From NCBI GenBank assembly GCA_004563595.2, contig CP042461.1, forward strand, positions 60,001-92,000: a stretch of DNA of 32,000 bases, read 5' to 3'. The DNA is from Candidatus Saccharimonadota bacterium. GTDB lineage: Bacteria; Patescibacteriota; Gracilibacteria; BD1-5; UBA6164. The notes beneath the pieces are model-generated. The model saw only the letters and a program-made list of their open reading frames with translations. It was not told the origin of the DNA and did no database searches. Shown here piece after piece: positions 1 to 10,027 of the stretch (position 1 is the stretch's first letter; each line of letters starts with the position of its first letter). Both the position numbers and the translations under genes were made by a program.

Positions 1-422
1 AGAGTAGATGTTTCAAATTCCTTTAATATAAGTTCAGTTGTATCATATTGTAATAGTGCAAGCTTAACTTTTGATGCAAGGTAGTTTACTATCTTGAGTG
101 TTTTTTTTGCTTTGAGAGAATTATTTCATGATAGTTTTCATTGAGCGAGAGAAAGTCTCTTTGACAACTTTTGTAATTTTTTCTCACTTTTGCTGAGAGT
201 AGCAATTACTGTATCTATACTTTTTATATATTTCTCTCCACGAGATATACTTTTTAAAGCAGTTCTTGATATATCCACTTTATTAATGAGAATAGTTTCT
301 TCTAAAGAAGTCTCTGCATAGGCAAAAGAACCACTTTGAAAAATAAAAGCTATTAACAATAATGAAGTGAAACACTCCTTAATAATCTTCATAAAATAAG
401 AGTTTAAAAAATAATAACCCAT
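1..422 (-). CDS. hypothetical secreted coiled-coil protein (3' end runs off the left edge)
   Basis: Track ORF 138..422(-) stops at a TGA. With TGA=Gly the frame stays open to position 1. N-terminus MKIIKECFTSLLLIAFIFQSGSFAYA/ETS resembles a Sec signal peptide, so the ATG at 392 may be the true start. The rest is K/L/S-rich and heptad-like. No family recognised. Confidence 0.6.
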
Positions 423-457
423 CTATTTTATTTTTTGTTGACCATTAATCAAATAAA

Positions 458-1810
458 TTATTTAGTTAATGAGTAATGCTTTCAAATATATGCTCATATT
501 ATTAAAAACAGTAAATAACTTGTTGCTGCTTCTTCAAATGCGTGAGTGAAATTTGCCATGAAACATAAGCTCAAAAAAGCAGTGAGGAGTCATATAGAAA
601 AATAGGTGGTTGTTTTTTGCATAATTTTATACAAAGCTATACTAATGAATATGAGTAAGCCAAGAAAGAAAAAGAGTCATAAAAAAGATTGTTCTAAAAG
701 TATCTGTACATACCAGTTTTCGGGCAAGTACTTATATACTTCTATAGAGTTTATTGAACTCTTCCATCATACATCAGTTTCAAGTGGACCAATTTGAGTT
801 GCAGGACCACTTGTTCATACTCCACTTCCAATGGGGTTATATAAAAACTTTTTTACAGCAAGAGCAAGATTATCAAATCTATTTATGAGAGATCATAAAT
901 GAAGAAAAAGGCCTCTTTTTATAAACATAATGATAGTTGCAGAAACTGCTATGAGTATAGGAACTATTTTAAGCACCTTTTTTTGCTTGCTCGTGAGCTT
1001 TCACTTAAATATGAATTTATTCAGAAAGTAAAAGAATATAAATGCTCATATCATTAATCCCAACATAGATGTTTTTGAATATGAGAAAAAGACTGATGTG
1101 ACAACAAATAATGAAGGAATGGATATAAAGATACTTCTATATATATGATTTTTTACGGTATCTAATATATATCAAATATATAAAAAGAGGAATACAATAA
1201 GGAATACGGAAAACCTTATTGGTCAACCAAAAGAAGCTTGAAATCTATGATGTCATGAAACATTTTGAGAAAAACTAATACAAGAATTTGCATTATAGGT
1301 AGATACTTTATCTGAGTATCCAAAAAAATCTGAAACAAGAGCTATGTCTCCAAAAATATACCATGGAAGAAAAATAATTAAAATGAGTCATGTTGATGCA
1401 AATACACTTTTTAAAATGGTATCAATTGAATTTCTGATGCTGATAAGAGAAAAACCTGCAATGAGGGTAAAAATAAAAAATACATCATATTTAAACCCCA
1501 GAAGGTTATTTATCCCAACAGAAAAGAATGGAAAAAATATATAGAGGAGTGACGAAAATATAAACGCAACAGAGAATCATAATATATAGTTCCCTTGAAA
1601 TATCTTTCATATTTTAAAATGGTACCTTTTTAAAATACTATATGTTCAAATGAAAAGTAAAAAAATAACTATAAACTCTTTCCAGAATCTAATAATATCA
1701 GTATTGGCTCATAATTTACACTTTAAAATTGTAACAAATAATGCATGGAGGGGTAAAAAGAATGCAAAAAGTATGAGTAAAAGCTTCATAGGAATGTTTC
1801 AGAGTTTCAT
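458..1810 (-). CDS. O-antigen ligase / Wzy_C-family polytopic membrane protein (WaaL/PglL/PilO-like)
   Basis: 450-aa ORF under table 25 (length 1353 nt, TAA stop at 458-460), invisible in the standard track. About 10 hydrophobic segments. Family-like segments: FSYSKTSMLGLMIGAFIFFYF, then the loop LYNPIGSGVGTSGPATQIG...PENWYVQILLEQSFLGLFFFLGLL, which resembles the Wzy_C signature (HN.YLQ.L.E.G..G). Confidence 0.7.
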
Positions 1811-1819
1811 AAATTATAG

Positions 1820-2938
1820 TTATTTAATTAAGTTTTTTAATCATTTTTCAAATATATCTTCAGAAAATTTTTCTGCCTGTTTTCTGCATTTTTCAGGGCT
1901 ATATACTTTGTTTCAGTTATTTATATCAAATTTGAGGAAATTTTCTATAAAATCAGATCAATCCTTTTCAGAGAAAAATTCTCATGTGATTCACTCAGAT
2001 ACTGTTTCAAGTAAGCCTCATCATCTGTATGCAAAGACTGGTTTCCCTGCAGCCATTACTTCTATGGGGACGATTCAGAAATCTTCTTCTCCAGGGAATA
2101 TGAGTCCCTTACTTGATTGAACCAGAGCAACAAGTTCATCTCAGTACTTTGCTCCTGCAAAGTCTATATTACTTATTTTTACTTTGTTTTCGAGATCCGT
2201 TTTATAATTTCCTGATCATACTACAAGGAGGTTGGTCTCAGGCATTTTATTAAATGCTTCTATTGCGATTTCTATTTTTTTGAATTCTGTGAGAGCTGAA
2301 ATTATTATATAGTAATTTTTATAATTGGTTTTTTGTTCCCTGAGAGATTGAAATCGTTTTACCTCAACGGGTGGGTATAAAATATGGGAATCTTTTCTAT
2401 AATATTTTTGAATTCTTCATGCTGTATTCTCTGAATTGGCAATAATGGTGTCTACTCGATTACTTGCTATATAATCCCATTGCCTGAGTTTTAAGAATAA
2501 TTTATTCAAAATAAATCATTTGATTCATGAATCCCATCAGATGTCTTTTTTATATTCATTAGTCCAGTCCCACATATATCTTGCAGGAGAATGATAGTAG
2601 GCAATAAATTGTGTTTCTGGCTTGGTAATCGCACCATGTGCAAATCATGATGAACTTGCTATAACAAGATCATATTTTGAGAAATCAAGACTTTCAACTG
2701 AGCTTGCCATAAAGGGAAGGCAAAACCTTTGATTTTTAAAGAGTTTATATATCTTTTGAGTTTTCAGGTCATAGACTTGTGGGTGGATACGTTCTTTGGG
2801 AAAACTCTCTCAGAGTTTCGTCTCATCATAAATCAAAGTAAATAAATCAGCCTTAGGAAAAATCTGTAGGAGTTTTTCCACTACCTTTTCAGCTCCACCA
2901 AACTTAATCAACATTTCATGTAATATAGCTATTTTCAC
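1820..2938 (-). CDS. family 4 glycosyltransferase (GT4, glycosyl transferase group 1)
   Basis: 372 aa from a GTG start at 2938 (an in-frame TAA lies upstream at 2999-3001). N-terminus (M)KIAILHEMLIKFGGAEKVV is typical of GT4. C-terminal EX7E-type region reads [36 protein letters not shown], with several of these Gly encoded by TGA. TAA stop at 1820-1822, 9 nt before the next gene. Confidence 0.85.
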
Positions 2939-3091
2939 GTCTTTTTTGGTTAAATATTTTACTTTTTTTCAAAGAAAATCTATACAATAAAGGAGATTTT
3001 ATACTTTTTCTCCTTTTAAATATAATTAATTTTTGAAAAAAATGAATTTTATGTTAAAATTTGTACAATTAAATACTAATCTGTCAAAAAA

Positions 3092-3496
3092 GTGATAAAA
3101 AAAATAGCCTTTATTTTTATACTCATAATCTGATTATTAAGTTTTGCAAATGTTTGATTTGCCAAGTGTGAATGAGATGAATGTAAAATAGATTCAATAA
3201 AATTTCAGATTGATGTAAATGACATTACTCCATGACTAGAAATAGAAGAAGGTGATAATGTTGAACAGACAATAAATAGAACGCTTTGAACTATCATACA
3301 AAAGCTTATGATTGCTCTTTGATCATTGTCATTACTTATAATGACAATATGAGGATGATATATGATAATGTATCATGGACAGGATGAGTTATTATCTAAA
3401 TGAAAATCAATATTTTTATCTTGAATTACAGCACTTGTAGTTGCCTTAAGTTCATATTATATGGTAGCATTTTTGAGATATATTTTATATTCATAA
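3092..3496 (+). CDS. VirB2/TrbC-like (T4SS-type) pilin paralog 1
   Basis: 134 aa, GTG start. (M)IKKIAFIFILIIGLLSFANVGFA signal peptide, then two hydrophobic helices separated by a short charged loop: LIMTIGGGYMIMYHGQDELLSKGKSIFLSGITALVVAL. TAA at 3494-3496. Confidence 0.7.
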
Positions 3497-3508
3497 CAGT
3501 AGAAAAAT

Positions 3509-3904
3509 ATGATTAAAAGTTTAGATAAGATTTCATATGCATTTTTATTTGCTTGTGTAAGTAGTTATGTACTCATATCAAAAGTTTTTGCTGCAGCTCC
3601 AACGGTAAATTGTATATGACTTCCTTGATGTGCTGATACGGATGTTGCTAACCCAATACCATCAGACATTAGTAAAAATATATGAACAACTTTGGTGACA
3701 AATATAATATCTCAAATGATTCAGTATGTTGCTGTAGTAGCTGTAATATCATTAATGTTAAGTTGAGTAATGTATCTTGTTTCAGGATGAGAGGAAGAAA
3801 AAACAAAAAGAGCAAAGAGCTGGATTATGTGGTCACTTGTGTGAGTATTTATGTCTATCTTTGCTTACTGAATAGTGAAAATTGTTAATAATTTCTCAAT
3901 TTAA
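3509..3904 (+). CDS. VirB2/TrbC-like pilin paralog 2
   Basis: 131 aa. MIKSLDKISYAFLFACVSSYVLISKVFAAAP signal peptide. Core reads IISQMIQYVAVVAVISLMLSGVMYLVSGGEEEKTKRAKSWIMWSLVGVFMSIFAYGIV. Track ORF 3682..3888 is out of frame with this gene. Confidence 0.75.
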
Positions 3905-3924
3905 TTTATTATTTATATACTGTT

Positions 3925-4314
3925 ATGTTAAAAACATCTTTTTATTCACTTATATGAATATTCTCAAGTACTTCTTTTGTATTTGCTGAGGCTACGAAGG
4001 ATTCCATTTTAAATGGTATTATACCAACCTGAAACAATGTGAATAAAGTTGTTGCAGATATTGATTCTACAGCAGATGGACTGACTGTACTTGATAATAT
4101 CTTTGCCTGAGCAAAAGATTCCATTTTTTGACTTATGATGATACTTTCAATAGGGGTATTTTTATTCTTATGAGTACGTCTGGTAGTAGCAAGAGGAAAT
4201 CCAGAAGAATTTAAAAAAGCTATGATGAGTATGGTATATGCTGTGGCAGGTCTTTTTGTCGTAAGTGCAGCTTGGGCAGCAGTGAAATTGGTATCTGGAC
4301 TTAATATATCTTAA
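3925..4314 (+). CDS. VirB2/TrbC-like pilin paralog 3
   Basis: 129 aa. MLKTSFYSLIGIFSSTSFVFAEA signal peptide. Core reads IFGLMMILSIGVFLFLGVRLVVARGNPEEFKKAMMSMVYAVAGLFVVSAAWAAV. The track only shows antisense ORFs here. Confidence 0.75.
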
Positions 4315-4322
4315 AAAAAAAT

Positions 4323-4733
4323 ATGAAAAATTTTTTCCTGAGTATTCTTTCAATATTAGCAATAAGTGTATCATTCTATGGATGATTATTTGCAGCTTGA
4401 TGTGATTTTGATCCAACAGCATCTTCATCAGCAAAAAAAGCATTAGAGGAATGTTTAAATGGAACAAGTGTAGTTCCCGTAGATAATGTTGATCTTGCAA
4501 CTGGATTCCAAACGGTTATTGTTTGATGGGTAAATAATATAGCTATTCTTTTAGGTATCCTTGCTGTATGATCAATAGTATTTGGATCACTTCTTTTAAC
4601 TTTGAGTACATGAGAAGATGAAAAAATCAAAAAAGCAAAAGACGTTATTAAATGGTGAATTCTAGGGTTTTTAGGAGTGGTTACAGCTTCTACTATTGTA
4701 ACTATTGTGGTTAAGATTATGTATTCTATTTAA
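4323..4733 (+). CDS. VirB2/TrbC-like pilin paralog 4
   Basis: 136 aa. MKNFFLSILSILAISVSFYGGLFAAGC may be a lipobox-like signal. Core reads IVGWVNNIAILLGILAVGSIVFGSLLLTLSTGEDEKIKKAKDVIKWGILGFLGVVTASTIV. Confidence 0.75.
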
Positions 4734-4739
4734 TAAAAT

Positions 4740-5615
4740 ATGAAAAAGACTCTTGTATTCTTGTTTTTGACATTCTCTTTTACATGTATAATTTTTGTTT
4801 TTAAGAATTATCTTCTTTTAGATGCACAAACACAAATTGAAGAACAATACTTAGATCCTACCGTTATTGTTGAACCCCAAGAAAATGATGATATGTTGAA
4901 TACTGCAAGCTGAGAGACTATAAAAGAGGTTGCATGAAAACAAGATAGAGAAAAAGAGCTGATTAAAACACATCTATTATCAGCTTCAAAAGTACACTTT
5001 TTTTATCTTCCCGTTTCCTTTCAAAAAGCATCAGAACAATATAGTTGATTATTAGGAGTGTTCTTAAATAATAGTTCTATTCAGGATAAAATTAAAAAAC
5101 TCAAAATCGAAATGCACGAAGATTTACTAGATGTAAGGTGAAAAATGAAAAATAAAACAGTAAAATTGTTTTGAGTTTTACTTATGAAAGAGGAAGAATT
5201 TATATCGGTATCAATTCATGAATTTGCTCATTATGTAGATTTGTATTTCTTAGAAAAAAAAGTTCTTACAGATATTAGTAATTATTATTACAAGATTAGT
5301 TGGGATTCCACTAAAGTATTGAAGCCGGGTCAAAAACAAGCAGATTTTGTTTCAGGATATGCTATGACAAATAAATATGAGGACTTTGCAGAAAGCTTTA
5401 CGTATTATATATTACATAATAAAGATTTTTTCATAAAATCAGAAAAATCTTCTATCTTAAAAGAGAAGTATATTTTTTTCTGACGTTATATTTTTAGAAA
5501 TAAAGAATTTATATCGACTGATTTTTCGGCATGAGTTGACTTAAAGAGTTATTATCGGGATATCACAAAAATTGAAATAAATTTGAAAAAATTATTGCAA
5601 TTTTTAAAAAAATAA
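4740..5615 (+). CDS. membrane-anchored zincin-like metallopeptidase (HExxH...E)
   Basis: 291 aa. N-terminal anchor MKKTLVFLFLTFSFTCIIFVF. Zinc motif SIHEFAHYVD, plus downstream YEDFAESFTYY as a possible third ligand or gluzincin-like glutamate. In frame with track ORF 5184..5483. Starts 7 nt after pilin 4. Confidence 0.7.
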
Positions 5616-5918
5616 ATAGAATCAGGCATAACTAAACAATAGTAACTTCTAAAACATTGTATTTAGAAAAGTGCTTTTCATAGAAGATTTCACCTTCAAA
5701 CATTTTTTTGTAGAGTTCAATAAAGTTATTAAATCAATGGATATTATGCCATTGCAAAGCTTATATAAGCTTTATTTGTGTGTTTTTATCACATTTTTCT
5801 TAATTAATAACTTTTCAAATTTTATAAACCAAGCTCAGTATTCATAGGAGAATGAGCAAAACAGTGAAATAGATACCAGAAAGAGGTTTTTTTATTAAAT
5901 AATTATAAGATATATAGA

Positions 5919-7937
5919 ATGCAAGACTTTTTAGACGAGTTAGATCAAGAATTGAGTGGGAAAGAAGTAAGCTCAACAGAATCACAAAATGAGAATAAAT
6001 CTGATACGAATGAATCTATAACTCAGACTCAAAAAACAGAAAAACAAGAAACAAAACAAGACCAAGATGTACCAGAAAAACACTGAGATAATAAAAAACC
6101 TCAACAGGCAAAAGCTCCACAGAATAATCATTTAAAAAAGAATTTTAAAAATAATTACCAAAATAGAAGATCAAATAATTCGAATGAAGTAAGGTGAAAA
6201 TTTAATTCAAATTTTCCTGAAACAAAATTTTATCTTCCATCGTTAAGAGAATGATACACAAGATTTATTCCAATTGGTTGAAATAATGAAACGTGAGCAA
6301 AAAATATGTGAATGGTTCAATATAAAGAAGATATTATTATCATTGATTGTTGAGTTCAATTTGCTGATGCAGATTTACATGGGGTAGATTATTCAATACC
6401 AGATGTTTCTTTTCTTACAAAATATAAAGATAAGATTAAAGGGCTTCTTTTGACTCATGCTCATTTAGATCATATAGGGTCATTAAAACATATATTACCA
6501 GCACTTGGTATGCCAGTTTTATATGGGACAAAGTTAACTCTGGGACTTGCAAAAAAGTCTATCGAAGAAGCAGGTCTTCTTCATCATACTACTTTTGTAG
6601 AAATTGATGCTTGAAGTAGAGAAAAAATAAAAATTTGAGAATTTGATGTAGAATTTTTCAAAGTAAATCACTCTATTCCAGATTGTGCTTGAATATATAT
6701 AGAGTCTCCAGGTGGAGCAAAATTTGTTCATACATGAGACTTTAAGATTGATCATACTCCGGCTATTGATGATCCAGCTGATCTAGATAGAATCGCAGAA
6801 ATTTGAAAAAGAGGTGTTACTATGCTTTTATCTGATTCAACAGGGTCACCTAGAAAAGGTTTTTCTATGTCAGAAAAAGACGTAGGAGAAGCTTTAGACG
6901 AAATCGTAAAAAATCATACAAAAGGAAGACTTATTATTGCTGCATTTTCATCTTGGATTTCAAGAGTACAACAACTTATTGATATATGTGAAAAATATGA
7001 TAAAACAATCTTCTTGAGTGGAAGAAGTATGATTGAGAATATTGCTATAGCAAAAGATCTTTGATACTTAAGAATGAAGCCAGGAACAGTAAAGAAAATG
7101 ACGCCTAAAGCTACCAATGGTATTCTTCCTCATAATCAAGTTATTATTACAACTTGAAGTCAATGAGAAGAATTTTCAGCACTTACGAGAATGTCTGAAT
7201 GAAAACATGCTGCAATTGAAATAGTTTCATGAGATACAGTAGTATTTTCTTCATCAACAGTTCCAGGGAATGAAAAATCAGTTGTTTGAATTATAAATAA
7301 GCTTATTAAATTATGAGCACATGTAATTACAAAAGAAGATAAAAATGTTCATACATGAGGACATGCATTTCAAGAAGAACAAAAAATTATCATAGACTTA
7401 GTAAAACCAAAATATTTTATGCCAGTATACTGAGATTTATATTTCAGAACGCTTCATAAAAGAACAGCTGTTGGTATGGGTTTCAATGAAGAAAATGTTC
7501 TTCTCCTTGAAAATGGGAATATTGTTGACTTTGCTCCAAATGGAACGGTATTTAGATCAAGAATTAAAGCCCCAATTCAAGAGCTTATCATAGATGGTCA
7601 TGGAATGTGAACAGCTACTTCTCATGTTATCAAAGCAAGAGAACAAATGAAAGACTCATGAGTACTTGTTGTTTTATACAAAGTAGATAAGAAAACAAAA
7701 GCTCTCCTTGGTCATATTAAGCTTGAAACAAGAGGTTTAGTATATCTTGAAGAAGTGAGACATATCCATAGAATGATTATTAAAAAATCAAGAGATGCAT
7801 ATGAAAATACTATAAAAGATGTTCCAGATATGGAGGAAAAAGATCTTGTAAAAATTATAAGAACTGACTTAGAAAAATTCCTTCTCCAAAGAATGGATAG
7901 AACTCCAATGATTATTCCACTTGTAGTTGAAGTGTAG
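5919..7937 (+). CDS. rnj: ribonuclease J (metallo-beta-lactamase/beta-CASP) with N-terminal low-complexity extension
   Basis: 672 aa, TAG stop. FIPIGGNNETGAKNMGMVQY, THAHLDHIG (HxHxDH), HTGDFKID, MLLSDSTG, HTGGHAFQEE and FMPVYGD are RNase J landmarks. Many conserved Gly are TGA. Track fragments 6822.. and 7755..7937 are in frame. Confidence 0.93.
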
Positions 7938-7950
7938 AATATAAAGAAAT

Positions 7951-7979
7951 CCCAAGTAAAATATGCTTGGGTTTTTTTT
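7951..7979 (+). terminator. rho-independent terminator after rnj
   Basis: cccaag(t)-loop-(g)cttggg stem (7951-7956 pairs with 7966-7971), followed by a T8 run at 7972-7979. Confidence 0.7.
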
Positions 7980-7991
7980 GTGGAACTATAG

Positions 7992-8108
7992 CCTCTCTCC
8001 CCTTAACAGGGGAAAGAATTCAAGTGAGAGGTGAAAGAAGTAGTTATAATGAGGAGCTGAGAATAGATTTTTACCCTCGTAGCTAGACTAGGGGGGTAAA
8101 AATCTATT
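7992..8108. other. locally GC-rich double-hairpin element (candidate small structured RNA or regulatory leader)
   Basis: Hairpin A: 7992-7997 cctctc pairs with 8026-8031 gagagg, and 7998-8002 tcccc pairs with 8009-8013 gggga. Hairpin B: perfect 15-bp stem 8062-8076 / 8094-8108 with a 17-nt loop. No ORF and no following T-run. Confidence 0.3.
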
Positions 8109-8163
8109 TACAAAAGATAAAAACTTCTTAAAATGTTTGTATCTTTTTTATTTCACAAATTTG

Positions 8164-9192
8164 ATGAATATGAAAACAATACACAAGATATTATATGGAA
8201 CTTTTTTGATACTCTTTTTATCATCATGTCTATGAGAAAATAAAGAAGTTATTAATGATGCAAAACAAGAACTTTGAATAGTTCAAAAAGAAGTAGAAGA
8301 AGTAGAAGTAAAAAAGACTCCTGACTTAGAGATTCAAGCTTCTGAAATAAAAGATCAAAAAATAGAAGAAAAAAAACCTAAATTCGAAATAATAAAACTT
8401 ACTCAAGATCAATTTTTAGAGTTTGATGACTTATCAGAAGTAGATTTTTTATCATGAGAAATAGAAGTTACATGAAAAACCATAGAAACAGTTGATAAAA
8501 TAAAAGTAAATTTCACAAATGAAAATTCTGATTTTCCAGATGATAGTTATTTACTGACTCAATTTAAATCTTGAGATGATATTTTTTTATACAGAGCATT
8601 ATCAAGATATGAAACATTAGATTTTTGAGAAAACAAATATGTATTTTTTGCATATTCATGAGATAAGGTTTCAAAAACGGAGCTTATTATTCATGTAGAA
8701 AAAGAAGAGGAGAAAAAAGAAATTGAGTGAGAAATAGTTGATGTAGAAAAAATAGATGAAATTGTCGTAGCAGACCTTCCTGTGTCTACTGATAGTGGAT
8801 ATCCAATTCAAATTTGAGATAATAAACTCACTTATTCAGGTATAAAATGATTAGAAATAAGTAAGAAATGAAAATCAGATCTTACTTGTGAAAATATTAC
8901 AGAATTTTTACAAGATTCACTCGGTACATGGTTTTACTGGAATACATGTAGAGATATAGAAAAAGATGCTGGATTAAGTTATTTTGTTCTTAGATTAGAT
9001 GGGGAAAAATATATATATGAAAAGCATTATATTATATTTAAAGACCTTTCATACTGAGTATATGAACTTGAAATGTGAACATGAGTTACAAAAGATAATA
9101 TTGCAGAAAAAAATACTGAATTAAAAGAAAAAAATGCAGATTACCCAACTTTGGATATAGTTGATAAGTTATTTATAGATGTATCTAAATAA
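8164..9192 (+). CDS. hypothetical lipoprotein
   Basis: 342 aa (alternative start at 8170). MNMKTIHKILYGTFLILFLSSC has a lipobox LSSC. An acidic E/K-rich linker is followed by a globular C-terminal part. No family recognised. Confidence 0.7.
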
Positions 9193-9232
9193 GCTGAGGA
9201 GAGTATAAAATAATTATTTTTTAAAAAGATAT

Positions 9233-9928
9233 ATGAGAGTACTATTAAAAATATCATGAGAAGCACTTGCCTGATGAGAAGGCTCAGGCTTAGATTATGT
9301 TACGTTAAATGAAGTATGAGATATGATAAAAGATCTTGTAAGAAATAATATAGAAGTATGAATAGTTGTATGAGCTGGGAATTTTATTAGGTGAGCAGAG
9401 ATAGAAAAAATTAATATAGACAGATGTAATGCAGACAATATGTGAATGCTTGCTATTAATATTAACTCTATTGCACTTTGAGATGTACTTTCTAGAAAAG
9501 GAGTTCATACAAAAATTATGAATTCATTTTGAATTGATGGTATAGTAGAAAGGTTTAATAAGCCTAAAGCCATCAAAGATATAAAAGCATGAAAAGTTAT
9601 TATATTTGGGTGAGGAACATGAAATCCCTATTTTACAACGGATACGGCTTGAGTATTAAGAGCATTAGAAATAGAGGCAGATCTTATGATTAAGGCTACA
9701 AAAGTAGAATGAGTTTTTGATAAAGACCCTATGAAATTTGCAGATGCAGAGTTGATAAAAGATGCAAGCTATGATGAAGTTATAATTAAAAATCTAAGAG
9801 TGATGGATTACACAGCAATTGCTCTTGCAAAAGAAAATAGCTTAAAGCTAAGGGTTGTGAGCCTCTATCATGAAGGAGCAATCATGAGAGCTATTTTATG
9901 AAAAGACGAATGAACATTAATTAGTTAA
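9233..9928 (+). CDS. pyrH: UMP kinase
   Basis: 231 aa. MRVLLKISGEALAG (Gly at 9257-9259 is TGA), [34 protein letters not shown] and KATKVEGVFDKDP are PyrH signatures. Confidence 0.93.
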
Positions 9929-10027
9929 AAATCTTTTGACTTTTTAAGTTTTTCCAATAGGCTGTATCAGCAAAAATTAAGTGAGTTACAAATAAATAAC
10001 TAAATTAGTATATAATATCATAAGAAA

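Noticed and set aside
1650-2120. 156-aa plus-strand track ORF (MKSKKITINSF...)
   Set aside because: It is antisense to the GT4 glycosyltransferase and the start of the Wzy_C gene. It is low-complexity with no motifs, and the opposite strand encodes clearly homologous proteins.
3682-3888. 68-aa Cys-rich plus-strand ORF (MNNFGDKYNISNDSVCCCSSC...)
   Set aside because: It is out of frame (+2) within pilin paralog 2. The pilin frame gives a signal peptide plus the two-helix architecture shared with its three neighbours.
3092-4733. Calling the four small proteins type IV (PilA-like) pilins or pseudopilins
   Set aside because: None has the G/(F,M)TL(I,L)E prepilin-peptidase motif or a single long N-terminal helix. 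The two-helix-with-charged-loop layout fits VirB2/TrbC-type pilins instead.
5738-5854. 38-aa hydrophobic plus-strand ORF (MDIMPLQSLYKLYLCVFITFFLINN...) and a 23-40-aa minus-strand ORF at about 5640-5760
   Set aside because: They are too short, with no RBS or homology evidence, and they overlap the palindrome. I kept this only as a note under the non-coding-gap finding.
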